Part shown: positions 37,176-44,595 of the stretch, in pieces
Numbering within the stretch: the first letter of the stretch is position 1
How the letters are laid out: each line of letters starts with the position of its first letter
Assembly: GCA_003156495.1 (NCBI GenBank)
Contig: PMHC01000083.1
Coordinates: 1 to 44,595, forward strand
Source of the DNA: Acidobacteriaceae bacterium
Lineage (GTDB): Bacteria; Acidobacteriota; Terriglobia; Terriglobales; Acidobacteriaceae
DNA length: 44,595 bases
Direction: 5' to 3'
Notes under the pieces: model-generated
Told to the model about the DNA's origin: nothing
Seen by the model: the letters and a program-made list of their open reading frames with translations, nothing else
The model's database searches: none
Position numbers and translations under genes: made by a program

Positions 37176-37583
37176 ATGCGACCGAAAAAGAAAATTTTGT
37201 TGATCGATGAAAACGAGGCGCGGCAATCCGTTCTTGCCTTCGTTCTCGCCACACATGGATTCGCTGTGTGCTGTGCGTCCAGCGCTGCTGAGGCAATTAC
37301 CGCCAGTGCGGATTTCGAAGTAGCTCTGCTGGCGTGGCCGCTGTCTGGTGGCAGCGAGTTGCTGCGCAAGTTGCGCAGTCAACATCCTTTTACGCGTACG
37401 CTGGCGCTTGCCGAAGATGCCAAAGGATGCCCAACCGTTTCCGCAGACGTTGTTCTGTGGGGGCATCCTTCCACCTTCGAATTGCTTGAGCGCATCAATG
37501 TGCTCGCGGCACGAAAACGCGGTCCGAGAAAAGCGCAAGCCATTGAACACATGTTGGCGTTGGCTGAACGAAGGGTGGCATAA
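37176..37583 (+). CDS. Degenerate single-domain response-regulator receiver
   Basis: KILLIDENE...L...GFAV..ASSAAEAI receiver start; expected phospho-Asp and Lys absent; SD GGAG. Confidence 0.7.
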   Translation: MRPKKKILLIDENEARQSVLAFVLATHGFAVCCASSAAEAITASADFEVALLAWPLSGGSELLRKLRSQHPFTRTLALAEDAKGCPTVSADVVLWGHPSTFELLERINVLAARKRGPRKAQAIEHMLALAERRVA

Positions 37584-37585
37584 AA

Positions 37586-37810
37586 GTGTTCAGCATTTCT
37601 GTCGACGATACGGCTGAAAAATTCTTTTCCAGGCGGCCGGGATTTGAAGAGCAGTTATCCCGTATGACGAATTCTATTCATGGCGTTCGGCCTGCTCAAC
37701 CCGGAGAAGTTGAATCAATGCTTGAGCATTTCGAAGCGTTGGAAGCTGCAAGAAGACGCGCTTATAAGTTAGCGCAGCTAAGCAAATTGAAGTCTGGAGG
37801 AAGATCATGA
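37586..37810 (+). CDS. Hypothetical early protein
   Basis: Fills the operon gap; ATGA overlap downstream. Confidence 0.5.
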   Translation: MFSISVDDTAEKFFSRRPGFEEQLSRMTNSIHGVRPAQPGEVESMLEHFEALEAARRRAYKLAQLSKLKSGGRS

Positions 37811-38064
37811 AAGCTCTTTGCGCACAATGCAAAATGCCGATCGATATGCCCGATCTGGCGCCCCTACAAATTCTGAATCGCCCCGATGTGAGCGTGCTCA
37901 TTCTGCAACACCCGAAGCATGGCTTTTGCCTGAACTGTAAGACGAAGGTGGCCATTATGCTCGCCAACGCACAAATTTTGTTGACTGCCGTTCCGGTCGA
38001 GGTCAAGGAACCATCCCCTATCGTTCTGGCGTCGGTCGGTGCGATCCCGCAGATGAAAAGGTAG
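37807..38064 (+). CDS. Zinc-ribbon protein
   Basis: CAQC...CLNC; SD GGAGG. Confidence 0.65.
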   Translation: MKALCAQCKMPIDMPDLAPLQILNRPDVSVLILQHPKHGFCLNCKTKVAIMLANAQILLTAVPVEVKEPSPIVLASVGAIPQMKR

Positions 38065-38160
38065 TCGAGAGCTATTGGCGGGAAGCCTTTGCTAATCGAT
38101 TAACAAGTGACGAGCAGCACCATCGCTCGCACTTCGGTACAAGCACGAAAGGGTAAAACG

Positions 38161-38514
38161 ATGAGTCTTGATGTCTATCTTTATGAACCGTTGCACTGCC
38201 CACACTGTCAGGGCGACCTGAAGGGGGAGCAAATCTTTGAGGCCAATATCACGCACAACCTCAACAAAATGGCAGATGTGGCTGGCATCTACAAGCACCT
38301 GTGGAGACCCGAGGAAATCGGCATTACCCGCGCATTCCAGCTTATTGAGCCACTCCAGACGGCCATTGCGGAGATGGAGGCTGACCCGGAAAAGTTCAAG
38401 CAATACGACGCTCCAAACGGGTGGGGCCTCTATGAGCACTTCGTTCCGTGGCTGCAGAAGTATCTACGAGCGTGCAAGGAAACTCCGGGCGCGTGGATTG
38501 CAGTAAGCAGGTAA
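38161..38514 (+). CDS. Phage hypothetical protein
   Basis: MSLDVYL, NITHNLNKMA, PNGWG motifs I recall from many phages; ATG 38161 preferred. Confidence 0.75.
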   Translation: MSLDVYLYEPLHCPHCQGDLKGEQIFEANITHNLNKMADVAGIYKHLWRPEEIGITRAFQLIEPLQTAIAEMEADPEKFKQYDAPNGWGLYEHFVPWLQKYLRACKETPGAWIAVSR

Positions 38515-38569
38515 CGTCGCGATCGGCGCAAGATGACCAATACAAATAACCAAGTAGTCGAGGACTAAG

Positions 38570-38770
38570 TTGACGGATGCAAACGAAGGTTATCATCGGC
38601 AGTGCCAATATCCCGGATGCACGCACCAAGTGGAAGGCCACGCCCGATTTTGCAGCGCGCGATGCCGAACCGCCGATTGGAAGCGAAGGCATCCCAAAGC
38701 TGGGCCAGACCGCTGTCCGCATTGTGGCGAGTTGCTGAAAAAACGCGGACGGCCAAGGAAAAAGCAATAA
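38570..38770 (+). CDS. Small zinc-finger protein
   Basis: CQYPGC...FCSARCR...CPHCG, basic tail. Confidence 0.6.
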   Translation: MTDANEGYHRQCQYPGCTHQVEGHARFCSARCRTADWKRRHPKAGPDRCPHCGELLKKRGRPRKKQ

Positions 38771-39295
38771 ATGAATAACACAATCAGTCCCGGCCAAATG
38801 AAGCGCCTGCAGACGCTCTACGGAAAGCTCTGCGCGCATACTGACCAGCCCAACAAGCGCGAAGCTCGATTGGGCTGGGCGTCGGCACTGGTCATGCGGC
38901 CAATCGCTAGTTTTAAAGATCTGACGCGCGATGATGCGCGTCACTTAATCGATACGCTTCAAGGCCAACTCGGCATACCGGAGACGCAACCGCGTCGCCG
39001 CCAGCGCCTTGGCCGCGATGCTGCGCGCAAGGCTGGGACGGAAGGCCGGCGTGGCTACGAGTCGAAAGAAATAACTATGGCCGGCCCTGCTGAGATAGCG
39101 CGCATTCAGCATGTGATGGATCTGATTGGTTGGGACCAGGCGCAACTTGAGAGTTGGTTGCACTCACCGCACTCGCCATTGCGCAATAAAGCTGCTGGAC
39201 AGATCCGCTCCCTGGCCGATGCCAACCGTGTTTGGTGGGCGCTGAAAGGCATGGCTGTGGCTCAAGGTAAGTGGCAGGATAGGCGGCAATCATGA
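38771..39295 (+). CDS. GemA (Mu gp16)-like regulatory protein
   Basis: SFKDLTRDDARHLIDTL and SLADANRVWWALKGM twin helical motifs; late position in the early operon. Confidence 0.6.
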   Translation: MNNTISPGQMKRLQTLYGKLCAHTDQPNKREARLGWASALVMRPIASFKDLTRDDARHLIDTLQGQLGIPETQPRRRQRLGRDAARKAGTEGRRGYESKEITMAGPAEIARIQHVMDLIGWDQAQLESWLHSPHSPLRNKAAGQIRSLADANRVWWALKGMAVAQGKWQDRRQS

Positions 39296-39615
39296 CGCAA
39301 AAAGAAGCTCTATCTCACGTAATTGACTTACTTCTCGAAGGCATAGAAAAAGCTCCTCAGTTTGCTGAGGCCCTTTCTGTGCTCGACAAATCTAACTTAG
39401 AGTTACATGCGATAGGGATTCACTTGAAGGTGCAGCAGGCAACCAATAAAGTTGCGCAGCCAGTTAGTCATAGCGATGAAGAATTTTTGCGTGAGATGCG
39501 TATCTCGCCAGATTTTATTCCGCCATCGGTGCAGCCAATGCCGCCACCGGCGCCGAGGCCCTTTTTGCCGTCATGGCGCCCTTTCTGGCGACGCGGACGT
39601 CATGGAGGCCGATGA
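39292..39615 (+). CDS. Hypothetical protein
   Basis: Coupled to both neighbours. Confidence 0.55.
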   Translation: MTQKEALSHVIDLLLEGIEKAPQFAEALSVLDKSNLELHAIGIHLKVQQATNKVAQPVSHSDEEFLREMRISPDFIPPSVQPMPPPAPRPFLPSWRPFWRRGRHGGR

Positions 39616-39878
39616 TGTCAACGCTGAGATTTCGCGTGCCTGAGCAATTGCTGCTGCCATGGAGTCCACAGCAGACGATTGATGTACACAAGGTGGCCGA
39701 GATGCTTGACTGCAGCGAGCGGACGATCCTGCGCCTGATCGAGTGCGGCGAGATATTAGCGTATCAAGTAAGGCCCGGCAGGGCAGGATCGCCACATCGC
39801 ATCTACTATGATTCAGTGCTAAAGTATCTGGATAAAATTCACCGCGCGGCCGGCGTCGAATGCCGGTTCGAGTTGTAA
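39612..39878 (+). CDS. Excisionase-like (MerR-type HTH) DNA-binding protein, candidate late activator
   Basis: IDVHKVAEMLDCSERTILRLIECGEILAYQV...HRI; SD GGAGG; follows the gemA-like gene where Mu has mor. Confidence 0.75.
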   Translation: MMSTLRFRVPEQLLLPWSPQQTIDVHKVAEMLDCSERTILRLIECGEILAYQVRPGRAGSPHRIYYDSVLKYLDKIHRAAGVECRFEL

Positions 39879-39896
39879 GCCCGATCTGGGGGTGCT

Positions 39897-39932
39897 ATGT
39901 GTTACATGAACGTAGACGAAAAGGGTAAATTG
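39897..39932 (+). pseudogene. 5' fragment of IS-interrupted zinc-finger gene
   Basis: MCYMNVDEKGKL joins in frame to 42118..42381 when the IS and one TSD copy are removed. Confidence 0.8.
39925..39932. repeat. 8-bp TSD GTAAATTG, left copy
   Basis: Identical copy at 42110-42117. Confidence 0.93.
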
Positions 39933-39954
39933 GGGAATTATATACTTTATTCCC

Positions 39955-39983
39955 TTGACAAACGTGAGGGAGTAAAGTATATT
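39955..39983 (+). promoter_or_regulatory. Near-consensus sigma70 promoter inside the IS left end
   Basis: TTGACA-17-TATATT, overlapped by the inverted repeat 39940-39955 / 39967-39982. Confidence 0.8.
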
Positions 39984-40029
39984 AAGAACAGATCAAACAA
40001 GAGGCCACCAACCTCAAAGGAGAAACTCA

Positions 40030-40383
40030 ATGGAAACCATCAAAACCACCGCCGATGTAACCTCTATCGCAACTTGGAACGCAATCATTGCTGACGACAT
40101 GGTTAGCCTCGACAACCTCAATAGCGCCGGAATAGTTGCCGAGCTGAAGCCCTTCGGGATCACCCAGGTTCGCGAAGTAGCCCAGATGATCGCGGCGGAC
40201 GACAACGGCTACATCAAGAGCACCGATGGCCGAGTTTACGAGTTCCCATACGTTGCCAAGCCGGGAGAAGATACGGCGCTTGGAACCGCTCTCGTGGCTG
40301 ATACCAACGGCGACCCAGTGTGGCAGGGCAACGACGAGGCCGAGTTTGCCGATCTACTCGCTGATTACGATTTGAGCCTGTAA
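40030..40383 (+). CDS. Small acidic passenger protein of unknown function
   Basis: SD AAGGAG; by my count about 21 D/E versus 6 K/R in 117 aa. Confidence 0.8.
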   Translation: METIKTTADVTSIATWNAIIADDMVSLDNLNSAGIVAELKPFGITQVREVAQMIAADDNGYIKSTDGRVYEFPYVAKPGEDTALGTALVADTNGDPVWQGNDEAEFADLLADYDLSL

Positions 40384-40444
40384 TCGCACCGCCAGCCGGG
40401 AGCGTATCCCGGCATTGATATTTTTTGGCGGGGGATGGCGGCAA

Positions 40445-41434
40445 ATGGCGGGAAAATCTCGAATTGAAATTTATGAGCGGAAACTGCGGGTAAGGGGATG
40501 GTCCGCAGCGGGGCTCTCAATCAAAGAAATCGCCGCAAAAGAGAATGTGCCCGTATGCGTAATCCGATACGATCTTTCGCGATCCTATTGGCCCAAGCCA
40601 AATCCTCCTCTCTCTGCCTACGAGAGGGAAAAACGCTATATTCTGAAGCATCCTGAAAGAGTGAAGAGGCAAAATGCGCGGAACAACCAGAAACTAGCCG
40701 AATCTCATGCGCAGAGAAAAGCACAGGGACTCTGTGTTTTGTGTGGGAGTCCGTCGCGTCCCGGGAAGGTCTATTGCCGCAAATGCAGCGTTCGCACAAC
40801 TGATGCCGTCCTGAAATTTTTACTGAAAAATAAATCGCCTATTCCATATTCTCCCGGAGCTGAACATTCTCCGCGCTCCGCAGAAATCATCGATACCATC
40901 AAGGATGCCTTCGGGGATCTTTGGGATGTGCGCGAGCGCCGCGCCACTTCGCACGGCTTTGTGCTGGAATTCGGATGGCCCTCTGGCGCTCCGCGAGGGC
41001 GTGGAGGGTGCGGAGGCCCGCGCCTGATTCCAACCAGGCCGCTAATTTCCTGGTGGAAGCGCCACCGGCTCGAACGTGATGGCAGCAATTTCAATTTGCC
41101 CGCATCCCGAACAGCCCTGAAAAAGCTGCGGCACATTCTCGGATTTGATTTCTATCAAGATTATGCTCATTTCTGGATTCAACACCTCGACGATATGATG
41201 CAGCTTTCCGAGGCTGCTTTTGCACGGAAGTACACTTTGCAGCCCAGCAAAGTAAGCGAAATGCGTATTAGGCTATTTGGCCGCAAGCTGAGGCTCAATG
41301 GATGGTGGCGCGAGGATACTGCTCATTCGCTGCTAATCTCAGATCTTCCTCACGCTTTCGTTGCCGAGAAACTTAGTATTTCGATTGGAGCATCCTCCCG
41401 CTTGCGCTCACTTCTTAAGCGCGGACTCCTCTAA
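40445..41434 (+). CDS. Basic multi-HTH / zinc-finger passenger protein
   Basis: GLSIKEIAAKENVP HTH, CVLC...YCRKC, further HTH-like segments (EAAFARKY, FVAEKLSIS); ATG 40445 preferred. Confidence 0.7.
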   Translation: MAGKSRIEIYERKLRVRGWSAAGLSIKEIAAKENVPVCVIRYDLSRSYWPKPNPPLSAYEREKRYILKHPERVKRQNARNNQKLAESHAQRKAQGLCVLCGSPSRPGKVYCRKCSVRTTDAVLKFLLKNKSPIPYSPGAEHSPRSAEIIDTIKDAFGDLWDVRERRATSHGFVLEFGWPSGAPRGRGGCGGPRLIPTRPLISWWKRHRLERDGSNFNLPASRTALKKLRHILGFDFYQDYAHFWIQHLDDMMQLSEAAFARKYTLQPSKVSEMRIRLFGRKLRLNGWWREDTAHSLLISDLPHAFVAEKLSISIGASSRLRSLLKRGLL

Positions 41435-41521
41435 GCTCCGCCGCGCCCTGCCTTGGGCAAGCGGTGCGTCCCTGGGTGGTACCAGGGGGCCGGTACGTAA
41501 CCCGGCAGAAGGTTTCCAGCC

Positions 41522-41959
41522 ATGAGTAAAAGCACAATCAGCACATTCGAGCTTTTCCAAATGTTCCCAGACGAGGATACGGCGCGGACATACCTTGAGG
41601 CCCTTTTATGGCCAAACGGTGCAGTATGCCCAACTTGCGCTAGCAGCGACCGCATAACGCCACGCCGACAGGGTTTTTATCGTTGCAACGCCTGCCAGAT
41701 TGATTTTACGATCCGTACTGGAACCATCTTTGAGCGTTCGCACATCCCTTTGCATAAATGGCTATATGCGATGTATTTGCTCGTTACGGCCCGCAAGGGG
41801 ATATCCTCCATGCAGCTTGCCAAAGAAATCGGGATTACCCAAAAATCGGCATGGTTTATGGTCAGTCGTCTCCGCGAGGCTTGCGCAGGGGAGTTGGAAA
41901 AGCTGCAAGGGACGGCGGTTGACGGCAAGCGTTTGACCTACGCGAGGTTGATCCAATGA
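41522..41959 (+). CDS. IS1595-family transposase with in-frame deletion of the DDE domain
   Basis: Zn ribbon (CPTC...CNAC), RTGTIFERSHIPLHKW, KGISSMQLAKEIGITQKSAWFM, joined directly to the C-terminal GKRLTY..LI. Confidence 0.9.
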   Translation: MSKSTISTFELFQMFPDEDTARTYLEALLWPNGAVCPTCASSDRITPRRQGFYRCNACQIDFTIRTGTIFERSHIPLHKWLYAMYLLVTARKGISSMQLAKEIGITQKSAWFMVSRLREACAGELEKLQGTAVDGKRLTYARLIQ

Positions 41960-42096
41960 CCAAGCCACCCGAAATACTCAATAAGATGGCCGATTTGGTC
42001 CTTGCCTATCGGCCACCCTCAAAGGTCAAGCCACCGCGCAAGCGGAAGATCGCAGCGAGTCGGCAAGTCAAAGAAAACAAACAGAACGGGAGTTAA
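41956..42096 (+). CDS. Small basic ORF coupled to the IS transposase
   Basis: Manual translation MTKPPEILNKMADLVLAYRPPSKVKPPRKRKIAASRQVKENKQNGS; ATGA overlap; stop lies in the right IR. Confidence 0.55.
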   Translation: MTKPPEILNKMADLVLAYRPPSKVKPPRKRKIAASRQVKENKQNGS

Positions 42097-42109
42097 GTAT
42101 GTAATTCCC

Positions 42110-42117
42110 GTAAATTG
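42110..42117. repeat. 8-bp TSD GTAAATTG, right copy
   Basis: Identical copy at 39925-39932. Confidence 0.93.
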
Positions 42118-42381
42118 CCTGATTTTGGGCATTGCGATGTCTGTGGCGCACCGGCGAATACACTTACTTATGACAGCACGGTGAGCATCCGGTTCGATGA
42201 TGTTTTTGAGTACCCTGCAAAACTCGAATCACGAGTCGAAAAACACTTTTGCGAAGAGCATCGACGCCCTGGGAATTTATCCTTCCTGCGCGAAAGCAAA
42301 GAGGCTTATCTTGCTCGCCTTCTAGCTGCCGATCCCCCTCCAAATGAGGCGAAACTCGATCGCCGAAACAGAAATATATAA
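42115..42381 (+). pseudogene. 3' fragment of IS-interrupted zinc-finger gene
   Basis: HCDVCGAPA...HFCEEH; in frame with the 39897 fragment. Confidence 0.8.
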
Positions 42382-42614
42382 ATTTTCATAGTTCCGCTGG
42401 ATGGCAGTTGGATTTCGAGCTTTTTGAATGCCTTTTGGGGTAGTTCCGCTGGATGCTTATAATGCAAATATCCGCTTGTGGTGCGAGTAAACGGAGTTTT
42501 CCACATTTGCCATTCCTTATCTATTTTGTTCCAACGGAACACTTCCGTTGGATTTTTACGGATAATCAATAACTTACGGTCCAAATCCAGCGGAAGTACG
42601 GCGAGTTGTGACAT
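42306..42614 (-). CDS. Possible AT-rich end-proximal hypothetical protein
   Basis: 102-aa ORF; its ATG lies inside an end repeat and it overlaps the convergent gene. Confidence 0.3.
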   Translation of the reverse strand: MSQLAVLPLDLDRKLLIIRKNPTEVFRWNKIDKEWQMWKTPFTRTTSGYLHYKHPAELPQKAFKKLEIQLPSSGTMKIYIFLFRRSSFASFGGGSAARRRAR

Positions 42615-42737
42615 ATAATCCCGGTATTCTGGCTTGCGATTTTTGCTGTGGAAAAATGCGTCTGACCCGCGTCAGGACCGCGAAATCCGCGGTAGACTTC
42701 CACACCCCACCAATGACACGTAAATATTGGAGTCACA
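42607..42737. repeat. Putative transposase-binding sites at the early-proximal end
   Basis: TGTGACATATAATCCC 42607-42622 and TGACACGTAAATA 42714-42726, inverted relative to the 214-252 repeats. Confidence 0.8.
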
Positions 42738-42742
42738 TCGTC
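42738..42742. repeat. Target site duplication TCGTC, right copy
   Basis: Matches 199-203; overlaps the recX stop codon. Confidence 0.92.
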
Positions 42743-43298
42743 ACGCCTCGTGGGATTCGGTGTCGAGATTGTCCAGCGCCGTCAGCGATTCGTCGGGCAC
42801 ATCCCATTGGCGGAGGAGCTTGTAAATGATGCCGGTGGAGAAGCCGGCGGTGAGCAGACGGCGCATTACGCGCGCGGTTTCTTTCTCGTTAGTGGGCCGG
42901 GCGATGCGTTTGCGCTCCAGATAGGCGCGGGCCAGGGCGGCCTCGTCGGTTTGGCCATAGCGAGCGTCGAGGGCCTCGGCGATCAGCTCCGAGCCGACGC
43001 CTTTTTGCTGAAGATCCTGACGCACGCGGCGCACGCCGAGCTTGTCGTTTTGTTGGCGCAAGCGAGCGTAGGTTTCCGCGTAGGCCGCATCGTCCAGGTA
43101 GCCGTAATCCTTGAGCCGCGCGACGACGGCCGTCATCGCAGCTTCGCCGCTTTCGCCCGGCTCGACACGGCGGCCCATCAACCGGCGTAGTTCGGACTCT
43201 GTGCGCATCTGCCGGCCCAGCGAGCGCACGGCGTACTCGTAGAGTCCCGCCTCGTTGAGAAAGGCGCGCGGCTTGCCGGATTTGCGAGAAAATTCCAT
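42741..43298 (-). CDS. recX: Regulatory protein RecX
   Basis: AVRSLGRQMRTESELRR, GYLDDAAYA, GVRRVRQDLQQKGV, RRLLTAGFS; next to alaS once the prophage is removed. Confidence 0.92.
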   Translation of the reverse strand: MEFSRKSGKPRAFLNEAGLYEYAVRSLGRQMRTESELRRLMGRRVEPGESGEAAMTAVVARLKDYGYLDDAAYAETYARLRQQNDKLGVRRVRQDLQQKGVGSELIAEALDARYGQTDEAALARAYLERKRIARPTNEKETARVMRRLLTAGFSTGIIYKLLRQWDVPDESLTALDNLDTESHEA

Positions 43299-43303
43299 AC
43301 GGC

Positions 43304-43720
43304 CTACTCCAGCGGAATTAAAAGATGGAAAGGTCGGTTCCGCCGCCAGCGATAGTGCTTGAAATCGCTATCCAATGTAAGGATATCGCCGGTATCGAGT
43401 TCATCGGCCATTTGAATCAAACAGGCGTCGGCGAAATCCGCGGGAAGATCGGCGTATTTGCGCAAACTGGCGGCCACCTGCGATACCGAACGTGTCAACT
43501 GAAAAGGAATCTGGAAGGAGCCATTGGTCACATTCGCCAATACTGCTTCGGGCGCGCCATAAATCCCCTGCAGCAAATAGCAGCTTTCGGCGATGACAGC
43601 CTCGCAAGTGACCAATGGGGGCTGCAAATCTGTGAGCGCAACGCGGCAACGGCCGTGATTTTTATCGCGCCGGTCAAGCCAACCGACAATCGCGCTGGTA
43701 TCAAGAAGAACAGGGGGCAC
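43304..43720 (-). CDS. PIN-domain (VapC-like) toxin
   Basis: LLDTSA, VIAESCYLL, DFADACL, ILTLDSDF acidic active-site motifs. Confidence 0.88.
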   Translation of the reverse strand: MPPVLLDTSAIVGWLDRRDKNHGRCRVALTDLQPPLVTCEAVIAESCYLLQGIYGAPEAVLANVTNGSFQIPFQLTRSVSQVAASLRKYADLPADFADACLIQMADELDTGDILTLDSDFKHYRWRRNRPFHLLIPLE

Positions 43721-43721
43721 T

Positions 43722-43997
43722 TTAGTGCCCCATTGCTTTGCGGCGCGTTTTTCCGCCGGGCATCGAACTGCGTCCGAAGCCAGCCAGATGTTTCTTGTTA
43801 GAAGCCAGATCCGTAATTCCGGAGTCGAATTCGCCTAGACCAATGATTTGAATGGGATGGGACGGCTCTACGCTTTTGTCGAGCAGATGAATGCCCTCGC
43901 GCACCACTTTGGACGTACTCCAGCCAAGCCGCTTTGCCACGCGGGAAAGCGTCGCCTGCGTCTCGGAATCCAATCGCGCCTGTACGGTCGTGCCCAT
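43722..43997 (-). CDS. Ribbon-helix-helix antitoxin
   Basis: TTVQARLD...STSKVVREGI, TDLASNKKHLAGFG; directly upstream of the PIN gene. Confidence 0.82.
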   Translation of the reverse strand: MGTTVQARLDSETQATLSRVAKRLGWSTSKVVREGIHLLDKSVEPSHPIQIIGLGEFDSGITDLASNKKHLAGFGRSSMPGGKTRRKAMGH

Positions 43998-44001
43998 GAA
44001 T

Positions 44002-44038
44002 CTAATGTACTACATATTTAAATTTTGTAGTACATTAG
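44002..44038. promoter_or_regulatory. Candidate TA operator, 13-bp perfect inverted repeat
   Basis: CTAATGTACTACA-11-TGTAGTACATTAG, 4 nt upstream of the antitoxin ATG. Confidence 0.75.
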
Positions 44039-44042
44039 GCCG

Positions 44043-44595
44043 CTATTTTCCCTGATCTCTCGTTCCCTGTTTCGTCCACTGGTCCACCCAATCGTTGACG
44101 GTTTTGTACCAGAGCTGCGAATTTTGCGGCTTGAGCACCCAATGGCCCTCGTCGGGGAAATAAAGCATTTTTGACGGCACGCCGAGCCGCTGCAGGGTGG
44201 TGAAAAGCTGAAAGCCCTCGGAGACGTCGAGCCGGTAGTCGAGCTGGCCGTGGACAACCAGCGTGGGCGTGTGAAAGTTTTTGGCCGAGAGCATGGGCGA
44301 CCACTTGCGGAAGGGATTTTCCGAGTCCGGCTTGCCGTAATAATCCCAAGGGCGGCCGCTAAACTCCCACTCGTTGAACCATAATTCTTCGGTTGAGCCG
44401 TAGGCCGATTCGGGATTGAACATGCCGTCATGCGAGACGATGCACTTGAAGCGGTTGGTGTGGCCCAGAATCCAGTTGGCCATGTAGCCGCCGTAGCTGG
44501 CACCGAGCGCGCACTCGCGCGACTTGTCGATGAAGGGGAATTTGCGCTCGGCGGCGTCGAGGCCTTCCATCAGATCGGTGAAGGGCTTGCCGCCC
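44043..44595 (-). CDS. S9 family (prolyl oligopeptidase-like) peptidase, C-terminal part
   Basis: GASYGG (Ser), LDYR (Asp), DEGHW (His); start lies beyond the window. Confidence 0.92.
   Translation of the reverse strand, partial: GGKPFTDLMEGLDAAERKFPFIDKSRECALGASYGGYMANWILGHTNRFKCIVSHDGMFNPESAYGSTEELWFNEWEFSGRPWDYYGKPDSENPFRKWSPMLSAKNFHTPTLVVHGQLDYRLDVSEGFQLFTTLQRLGVPSKMLYFPDEGHWVLKPQNSQLWYKTVNDWVDQWTKQGTRDQGK

Larger units (their letters stand above)
39933..42109 (+). mobile_element. IS1595-family non-autonomous element with passenger genes
   Basis: IRs GGGAATTATATACTTTATTCCC and (reverse complement) GGGAATTACATACTTAACTCCC; 8-bp TSD; IS1595-type transposase remnant. Confidence 0.92.

Noticed and set aside
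39933-40094. Remainder of the 65-aa ORF 39897..40094
   Set aside because: Read-through from the interrupted gene into the IS end and promoter

Overview
The window is almost entirely one apparently complete Mu-like (transposable) prophage, 204..42737 (42,534 bp). It has TG...CA ends and a 5-bp target duplication (TCGTC), and is inserted exactly at the recX stop codon between host recX and alaS. Flanking host genes are the 5' end of alaS, recX, a PIN/RHH toxin-antitoxin pair and an S9 peptidase; an Acidobacteria host is my inference from recalled protein families, not a tested assignment. The phage has a central immunity region (lambda-type HTH+S24 repressor and a Cro/Ner-like gene) and a rightward early operon (MuA, MuB, about 18 small genes). 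The leftward late region holds a Dam-like MTase, an expanded lysis cassette, a Mu-type head module and a non-contractile tail. Most unusual features: (1) a 2,177-bp IS1595-family cassette (39933..42109, 8-bp TSD) whose transposase has lost its DDE core in frame, carrying a near-consensus promoter bracketed by inverted copies of its own end sequence, a small acidic gene and a multi-HTH gene; (2) a tail-fibre-like protein with a Sec signal peptide, convergent with an Aur1/Ipt1-like membrane enzyme; (3) a holin-lipoprotein fusion with a papain-like peptidase and Ig-like gene in the lysis cassette; (4) a receiver domain lacking its phosphorylation site; (5) several structured RNA leaders in the late region. 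All family calls come from reading motifs and gene order by eye; no searches were run.
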